DNA of 27,854 bases from a virus (lineage: Duplodnaviria > Caudoviricetes), in the IMG/VR virus record IMGVR_UViG_3300032231_000020, positions 1-27,854 of that record; one strand, written 5' to 3'. Shown here one piece after another: positions 1 to 5,193 of this stretch. A program made the position numbers and the translations under genes. The notes beneath the pieces are model-generated. The model was given only the letters and a program-made list of their open reading frames with translations. It made no database searches and was not told where the DNA came from. The first letter of the stretch is position 1. Each line of letters opens with the position of its first letter.

Positions 1-235
1 GTTGATACAAATAGTCAGCAAGATAATAATCCTCATTGTAAATAGCTCTTAAATATCCACCTCTCAGGCGAGACAAACAGAACCCTTCTTGAGTGATTGG
101 GACGTAATTAGCACAGGCCTCATGCCCCGGCATAACTTCGCAGTCAATATTGTAGTCCTTGTTCCAATCATTTGGCTCTGCCTGAACGGGTACAACCATG
201 AACAATGCAAATAAAACAATCATTAAATATTTCAT
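1..235 (-). CDS. Putative secreted protein, runs off the window edge (not in ORF track)
   Basis: Manual translation MKYLMIVLFALFMVVPVQA|EPNDWNKDYNIDCEVMPGHEACANY...: basic N-terminus, hydrophobic core and V-Q-A cleavage motif; GAAAGGGA RBS upstream; open to position 1. Confidence 0.75.
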   Translation of the reverse strand, partial: MKYLMIVLFALFMVVPVQAEPNDWNKDYNIDCEVMPGHEACANYVPITQEGFCLSRLRGGYLRAIYNEDYYLADYLYQ

Positions 236-323
236 CTTAATCCCTTTCGTTAAAGTTAGACTTACCTAGCTACTTCGGTGAATTGAATGAGTTGTGGGCC
301 AATAGCTCCGATAACAGTGTCGC

Positions 324-398
324 GACTGCCTGAATTTCTCCATCGCTTTATCGCTAACCGTGTCCCTTTGTTCCCGCCTATCGGCAGGCGATCAAATT
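324..398 (-). repeat. Structured repeat family B, copy 2
   Basis: Shares ggcgatcaaatt (387-398 vs 824-835) and a ccg(g)tgtcc...gttc block with 759-835; closing stem gactgcctg (324-332) / caggcgatc (385-393). Confidence 0.6.
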
Positions 399-448
399 GG
401 CTTGAAGGACAATTGCTCCACAGTGCTACTTCGCACCGCCACAACTCA

Positions 449-574
449 AATTTGATGCCGGGTGGCGGGTTGCTTGAATGGGAGCTACCCGCCCATCTGA
501 CGGCCCGAAAGGTGAGAGGCTTGGAAAGACCTTGGAGTTAACCCCTCAACCTCTTGTTGTCAGATGCCCCGGCG
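449..574 (+). repeat. Structured repeat family A, copy 1
   Basis: 25-nt block aatttgatgccgggtggcgggttgc (449-473) is identical to 592-616; ccgcccatctg (489-499), tcagatg (560-566) and cccggc (568-573) are also shared. Confidence 0.85.
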
Positions 575-591
575 AATATTTTATCGTCGGT

Positions 592-721
592 AATTTGATG
601 CCGGGTGGCGGGTTGCAACTTCCAGCAGGCCTCTACGTTGCGCCTGAGACTTATTAACTGGACCGCCCATCTGCTCACAGCGGCTTTTACGTGAGAACCG
701 ACTCAGATGTTTTACCCGGCA
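592..721 (+). repeat. Structured repeat family A, copy 2
   Basis: Same four conserved blocks (592-616, 663-673, 703-709, 715-720) separated by different intervening sequences. Confidence 0.85.
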
Positions 722-758
722 ATGATCTAACAATCTATCTGCCCATAAGGCTATTGAA

Positions 759-835
759 GACCGCCAGCCCACCGATCCAGTCTTCCCCAAGTCTGTCCGG
801 TGTCCGTTCACGGGATAAAGGCTGGCGATCAAATT
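759..835 (-). repeat. Structured repeat family B, copy 1
   Basis: On the minus strand it begins AAUUUGAUCGCCAGCC immediately after the replication gene stop; stem 759-769/820-830 and inner stem CACCGG/UCGGUG both contain G-U pairs on the minus strand. Confidence 0.6.
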
Positions 836-1837
836 TCATTCTCCATACTCCACTACTCTATCGCTTAACTCTTGCAGGGATTTATCGAATTGCCTCATGT
901 AAGGGCCTTTAGGCCACCTTTCCGAATACTCCAACACTAGGTTGCCAACAACCATTTTAAGCCAGATATCATTCGGTGCGGGCATTTCAGGGTCGTCCAG
1001 ATATTCATTCGCGTAATTAAATTTATCCTTAATCGTCGCAACAATATCGTTGTGACTCACCTCCACTTCTTCCTGTTTCGGTATCCCGTCGTATGCTTGC
1101 CCCGCCGACTTACCCGGTTTGTCGGCCTCCATTTTTAATTTAAGCTGGGAAAACTTTTCCCGAAGCTTAGAGGGTGAAAGAATATTCGACTGCCAAAACT
1201 CGTTTTTATGCGCCCATTGCCATACCGCCTCGATCTCCTGTTCGGTCAGCTTATCAGCCTCACGCATTAACCTGACCACGTTCCCCCACTTCTCCTTGGT
1301 TGCCCCCATAAAGTTGTGTTTAGGGAGAAGGGTTGATATCTGGTCGATCATCATTTGAGCGAAGGCTAGGTCGAATTTTGAAACCTTGGACAAAGAGGGT
1401 TTAATACTATTCCCTTTCCCTTCCCTTCCCTTACTACTACCACCGGGAACGGGTGGGGAATCCTCCGGGACCGATACGGGAACCTTCATGTCCGGGTTGT
1501 ATTCCGGGCAACGAGCCTTCCCTTTCTTTTCTATGCGCTGGTCTTCCAAGAAAGTCGTTATATTATAATAGGTTTTAGCTTTCCCGTTTTTATCAACGGT
1601 GTATTCTGTGAGCAGATCGTTCAAGCAAAGTTCATTGAGCATATCAACAACCTCATCGACCGGCATGGGGTCGCCGGGGAAAACCATCGCCTTGATGCTC
1701 AACGGACTGCCTTCGATGTTCCCGAAGTCGTCAGCGAAATTATTCATACCTAAATACAGTAGGCGACTGTTCAAGGAACACTCCAAGACCTCTCCGCGAG
1801 TCCACCACTCCGGTTTAATAGTTCTTATTCTTGACAT
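836..1837 (-). CDS. Phage replication initiator / replisome organiser
   Basis: N-terminal MSRIRTIKPEWW...LYLGMNNFADDFG is typical of phage initiator winged-helix domains; low-complexity linker ending GREGKG; FWQSNILSPSKLREKFSQL resembles the lambda O-like C-terminal domain. Confidence 0.8.
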   Translation of the reverse strand: MSRIRTIKPEWWTRGEVLECSLNSRLLYLGMNNFADDFGNIEGSPLSIKAMVFPGDPMPVDEVVDMLNELCLNDLLTEYTVDKNGKAKTYYNITTFLEDQRIEKKGKARCPEYNPDMKVPVSVPEDSPPVPGGSSKGREGKGNSIKPSLSKVSKFDLAFAQMMIDQISTLLPKHNFMGATKEKWGNVVRLMREADKLTEQEIEAVWQWAHKNEFWQSNILSPSKLREKFSQLKLKMEADKPGKSAGQAYDGIPKQEEVEVSHNDIVATIKDKFNYANEYLDDPEMPAPNDIWLKMVVGNLVLEYSERWPKGPYMRQFDKSLQELSDRVVEYGE

Positions 1838-1840
1838 AGA

Positions 1841-2005
1841 TTATCGCCTTTGCTTTTTGCTGGTTAAATGAAAAGTCCTGTCTTCGCAGACGGGGCAAAG
1901 GTAAAAAGCCCTTGCCCCTGTACCGCGAAGAAGTTTTAAAGCTTTCCGGGCCAACTCCTTAGTCGGATGCCCGACCTTACCGCACCTTCGTCTGAATGCC
2001 TCCAT
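1841..2005 (-). CDS. 54-aa putative zinc-finger protein (not in ORF track)
   Basis: Manual translation MEAFRRRCGKVGHPTKELARKALKLLRGTGARAFYLCPVCEDRTFHLTSKKQRR with a C...CxxC...H pattern; GGGGAG RBS 7 nt upstream; fills the gap between its neighbours. Confidence 0.8.
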   Translation of the reverse strand: MEAFRRRCGKVGHPTKELARKALKLLRGTGARAFYLCPVCEDRTFHLTSKKQRR

Positions 2006-2009
2006 CGCG

Positions 2010-3302
2010 CTACTCCCCGGTGTCGATGTTTAGCTCAGGGCTTTCAGAAACCCGCGTGACGAAAAACTGCATATCCGTTTTAGAGGCAAGGTCTTGGAAT
2101 ATGGCAAACGATTCCTCATCAAGAGCCTCAAGGTTATCCACACAAACAATCGGCAGCTCTGCTGTTCTGAGTGACGCAATGGATAAGGCAAACTGTACCC
2201 GCTTCGCCTTGTTCACGTTGTCGAAAGGAACGCCATCCAAATATATTTCTCCGTCCTTAACCTCAAGGCCTTTGACCGGGAGGCGGGTTAGCATATTCGC
2301 CTTTAGGTCGTCCAGAGCTTCGATCACGCCAGTCAACCCCTCTGATTCGTCCTCAAGGACTCTGATCTCATTTTCTCCATCCTTGATGTACTGAATGGAT
2401 GAGGCGACGCGCAGGGCCTCCTCAGATAGAGCTTTTGTTTCGCCTATCTTGGTGTTCAACTCTGCGATAACCGGAGCGTTTTTTTCTACCACCTTAGCGA
2501 TGTCCTCGTCGTGGTCTTTTTGAACCAACGCGCACTTGCGATCAAAAACTTGACGCGCCTCGTTAATTTTGAATTCCATTTCACCGCGAAGCTGGTCGAT
2601 CATTTCGGTCTTCCAGTCGGCGGCTGAGTCCTTAGCGATCGCGTTCTCTTTTTCCAGCAATGAAAGCTTACCCTCCAGCTCTTTTACTTCTGCGGTAAAA
2701 TCCCGCTCGTCAGCTTTAAACGGCAAGCCTTCGCGCATTTGACTGACAAGGGTTTTCTTTTCTTTTAGGTATCGGTTGTTGTCGGTGCGTTCACCATAAG
2801 CCGAAGCCCTTTTTTCGTCGATCACCTGCATAGGGTGGCGCGTGTCAGTACGGTCAAGCTTTTCCCCGGTGATAGCATCCAGATCGTCGAATGGGGTCTG
2901 CATTGGAACCGAATCCAGCAAGAGCTTTACCCGATCCTTCGCGTTAGCAGTCAATATTTTAATTGGATTGACGGCGATATCGTCAACGATCTCCCTGAGA
3001 AAGCTGGCGGCGCGGGGGATGTCTTTGCCCTCGCGGTCCGTCAGGGAAACCTTGGAGCTTTTGCGTTTAATTTTCTTCTCCAGCTTCATGCCATCATCGA
3101 AGACAATAACAACCTCGCCTTTCTCTTGGCCTCCAGTAAGCAGAGTCGCGTCATGCCCTCCGCCAATACCGGCCTGAATACCCCGAAGGACACTGGTTTT
3201 ACCTCGACCGTTCTTGCCTTCAACGACCGTGACTTTGCCGGGGGTAAACTCTAACTCTTTAATGCCCATTATGTTTTTAAACCCAATATATGAAATTTTC
3301 AT
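2010..3302 (-). CDS. SMC/Rad50(SbcC)-like ABC ATPase
   Basis: Walker A GKNGRGKTS near the N-terminus, central coiled coil, Walker B IVCVDNLE near the C-terminus; AAGGAG RBS. Confidence 0.85.
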   Translation of the reverse strand: MKISYIGFKNIMGIKELEFTPGKVTVVEGKNGRGKTSVLRGIQAGIGGGHDATLLTGGQEKGEVVIVFDDGMKLEKKIKRKSSKVSLTDREGKDIPRAASFLREIVDDIAVNPIKILTANAKDRVKLLLDSVPMQTPFDDLDAITGEKLDRTDTRHPMQVIDEKRASAYGERTDNNRYLKEKKTLVSQMREGLPFKADERDFTAEVKELEGKLSLLEKENAIAKDSAADWKTEMIDQLRGEMEFKINEARQVFDRKCALVQKDHDEDIAKVVEKNAPVIAELNTKIGETKALSEEALRVASSIQYIKDGENEIRVLEDESEGLTGVIEALDDLKANMLTRLPVKGLEVKDGEIYLDGVPFDNVNKAKRVQFALSIASLRTAELPIVCVDNLEALDEESFAIFQDLASKTDMQFFVTRVSESPELNIDTGE

Positions 3303-3318
3303 TTAGCTCCTTTTAGTG

Positions 3319-3519
3319 TTATTTTTTATCAGGGTTCCGGGGGTCTTCTTTCCCGGTAGCTCTATTTATCTTTTCGCCTTTGATCTGGCTTTCCATGCGG
3401 AACTGTAAGTCGTCCTCAGACTTAAACGCGCACTCCTTAAAATCTTCGTCAGTGAAATGCTCGACATCAATATCAAGGTCAATCAAACCATCGCAATACT
3501 CGCAGTAAACACAAGCCAT
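3319..3519 (-). CDS. Small hypothetical protein, possible metal binding
   Basis: CVYCEYCD...EH...C motif; GAGGTG RBS; in operon. Confidence 0.7.
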   Translation of the reverse strand: MACVYCEYCDGLIDLDIDVEHFTDEDFKECAFKSEDDLQFRMESQIKGEKINRATGKEDPRNPDKK

Positions 3520-3538
3520 GCTATCACCTCAATTTTTA

Positions 3539-3586
3539 GGGGCGGTATCAGGCCCCATGTCCGTCTTTACTACCTGATACCACCCC
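3539..3586 (-). promoter_or_regulatory. 3'-UTR hairpin with loop antisense to the upstream gene's RBS and start codon
   Basis: 14-bp stem (3539-3552/3573-3586, one G-U on the minus strand) and 20-nt loop; 3550-3562 is the exact reverse complement of 4644-4656. Confidence 0.7.
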
Positions 3587-3602
3587 CGCCACTGAACTGT
3601 GG

Positions 3603-4649
3603 CTATTTGTAATAGTATTGTAGTTTTTTCTTGACGTCCTCGTACTCAGACTCAAGGACGCCATAGAGGCTTTTAATGCCAAGATCAGCCAGCACTTCGT
3701 CTTTTGCTTTGTCGTCGAAGTCTGGAATATTCTTCCATTTCGCGTACAGAATCTTAGCCTTCTCCTTGGATATTTTAATGCCAGCTGGAGGAGGGCGATC
3801 CTCATATTCATTCTTCGGCGGTTCTTCGGAGGCAGATTTATCCCCGCCTTCCTCCGCCATAATTCGCGCTTCTTCACGCGCCCAATCCGCTTCGCTGTCG
3901 TCTTCTTGTGGCGGGGCCTCCTGTTTTGGGGTTGGTTTTACTGGCTCTGGCGTTACATCAACAACTTCACCTGTTTCCTTGTTGAGTATTTCAGCGGCTC
4001 CCGGTATCACTTCCGGCATATCCTCAACGTCTACCGTAAAGATATCAGAGGCGGCAGTCGCCTCGATGGTCGCGGAAGTCTTCGCTCTCTTTTGAGCCAT
4101 CTTTAGGACGGTATTGTAGTAGTCGGCGGGGTTGTCATGCTCGCACTTTTCCCCGGCCTCGGTAATCATCCAAACGCCGTCAACCTTTTTTGTGCTGTGG
4201 CCCGGTCCGCCGATCATCTTTTGCGCGGCCTTTGGGTCTTTTTTTCGCAAGTCCCAATAGGGTTGGGGTACTGGCTTGTCTGTAACGTTGACATTCCCGG
4301 TGCGGAAACGATATTTCCCTTCCATCGTCGTACAGGAGCCAACCGCTTGCCCCCACACCTGCCCGGTCGGTATGTGGGTAAGGGTGCAGGTCGAAATCAC
4401 TTCTCTATGTCCGTCCTCAAAATCGCGGTATTCTGTTTCGTATGAAGCGGAAAGTCGGTGCATATACGTTATAAGCTCTGCGCCGGGCTTATAGAGCGAT
4501 GGTTTCTTTGTGCCGGGGATAACGCCGTAATGAATATCTGGCTTCATCACCTCTTTAAACACTTCGTTGATTAGGGTCTTTTGCTGTACTACGTCGTCAA
4601 GAGCAAACGATCCAGATTCTTTGTATTTCTCTAAATCTGCAATGGACAT
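3603..4649 (-). CDS. Putative single-strand annealing / recombination protein
   Basis: HYGVIPGTKKPSLYKPGAE and NTVLKMAQKRA...SDIFTVDVED motifs, acidic disordered linker and small C-terminal domain; first gene of the early operon; AAGGAGG RBS. The SSAP function is an inference. Confidence 0.6.
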   Translation of the reverse strand: MSIADLEKYKESGSFALDDVVQQKTLINEVFKEVMKPDIHYGVIPGTKKPSLYKPGAELITYMHRLSASYETEYRDFEDGHREVISTCTLTHIPTGQVWGQAVGSCTTMEGKYRFRTGNVNVTDKPVPQPYWDLRKKDPKAAQKMIGGPGHSTKKVDGVWMITEAGEKCEHDNPADYYNTVLKMAQKRAKTSATIEATAASDIFTVDVEDMPEVIPGAAEILNKETGEVVDVTPEPVKPTPKQEAPPQEDDSEADWAREEARIMAEEGGDKSASEEPPKNEYEDRPPPAGIKISKEKAKILYAKWKNIPDFDDKAKDEVLADLGIKSLYGVLESEYEDVKKKLQYYYK

Positions 4650-4687
4650 GGGGCCTCCTTTGGTTTATATTATTTGCAACAATGTTT

Positions 4688-4717
4688 AATATACAACCCT
4701 GTTCCTATCAATGTCAA
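4688..4717 (-). promoter_or_regulatory. Sigma70-type leftward (early) promoter
   Basis: TTGACA (4717-4712), 18-nt spacer, TATATT (4693-4688) in an AT-rich divergent intergenic region. Confidence 0.6.
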
Positions 4718-4743
4718 TACCCGTCCCGAAAATAATTAACAAA

Positions 4744-4968
4744 ATGAAAAATTCACAATCCATTGGAAATCGATTTGAGGAAATCCGAGCGAAGGAAGGG
4801 ATCAGTCGCCAGCGGTTCGCGGAGCGCATAGGCTGTACCACCGAGTTTATCAGGATGATTGAGCATGGAACCCGGACACCCAAGGAGCCTTATATTCTGG
4901 CGGTATGCTATCGTTTTGGTGTGCGTGAGAAATGGCTAAAGGAAGGTAAGGGCAAGAGGAAGGCGTAG
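4744..4968 (+). CDS. XRE/Cro-CI family HTH transcriptional regulator
   Basis: IGNRFEEIRAKEGISRQRFAERIGCTTEFIRMIEHGTRTP...VREKWLKEGKG is a classic HTH_3 pattern. Start placed at ATG 4744 because ATG 4711 overlaps the -35 box; start uncertain. Confidence 0.9.
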   Translation: MKNSQSIGNRFEEIRAKEGISRQRFAERIGCTTEFIRMIEHGTRTPKEPYILAVCYRFGVREKWLKEGKGKRKA

Positions 4969-5193
4969 TTACTTACTCCAGCCCATCTTAACTGAGAACA
5001 CCGCCAGCCCCAGCGCACCCAGAATCACCATCCACAAGATAGACCTAACGAACATATTGTTGACCGAGTCGTACATACTGAGCAGTTTGTCCAGTCGTGC
5101 GTGTTGCTGGTAGTGGCTTTCCGGCTCGACATAGAACCCGCCTTTCTGTTTCACGATCTCCTTAGCGAGTTTCTTTATCTCATCGTCGGTCAT
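4969..5193 (-). CDS. Small membrane protein (holin-like)
   Basis: Single C-terminal hydrophobic helix SILWMVILGALGLAVFSV; follows the tail fibre; GGAGG RBS. Confidence 0.6.
   Translation of the reverse strand: MTDDEIKKLAKEIVKQKGGFYVEPESHYQQHARLDKLLSMYDSVNNMFVRSILWMVILGALGLAVFSVKMGWSK

Larger units (their letters stand above)
281..835. ncRNA. Putative structured non-coding RNA cluster (family unknown)
   Basis: Gap of ~600 nt in an otherwise gene-dense genome, with many nested inverted repeats (288-297/439-448, 298-303/396-401, 457-462/568-573, 599-606/714-721, 759-769/820-830) and two repeat families. No convincing ORF. Confidence 0.6.

Noticed and set aside
449-721. Canonical tRNA genes or a CRISPR array
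   Set aside because: No TTCRA T-loop, D-arm, anticodon arm or CCA; only two copies with unequal internal inserts; no cas genes in the window.
281-835. Hammerhead or HDV-like ribozymes
   Set aside because: CTGACGG...GAAA near 497-510 lacks the CUGANGA core geometry, and I could not build the HDV nested double pseudoknot by eye. A covariance search is still advisable.
262-912. ORFs 262-444, 287-541, 581-832 and 691-912
   Set aside because: No good RBS, atypical composition, mutually overlapping; the repeats are conserved as base pairs rather than as codons.
3548-3877. Alternative-frame ORF (109 aa) overlapping the recombination gene
   Set aside because: Out-of-frame overlap without an RBS; it runs through the 3'-UTR hairpin.
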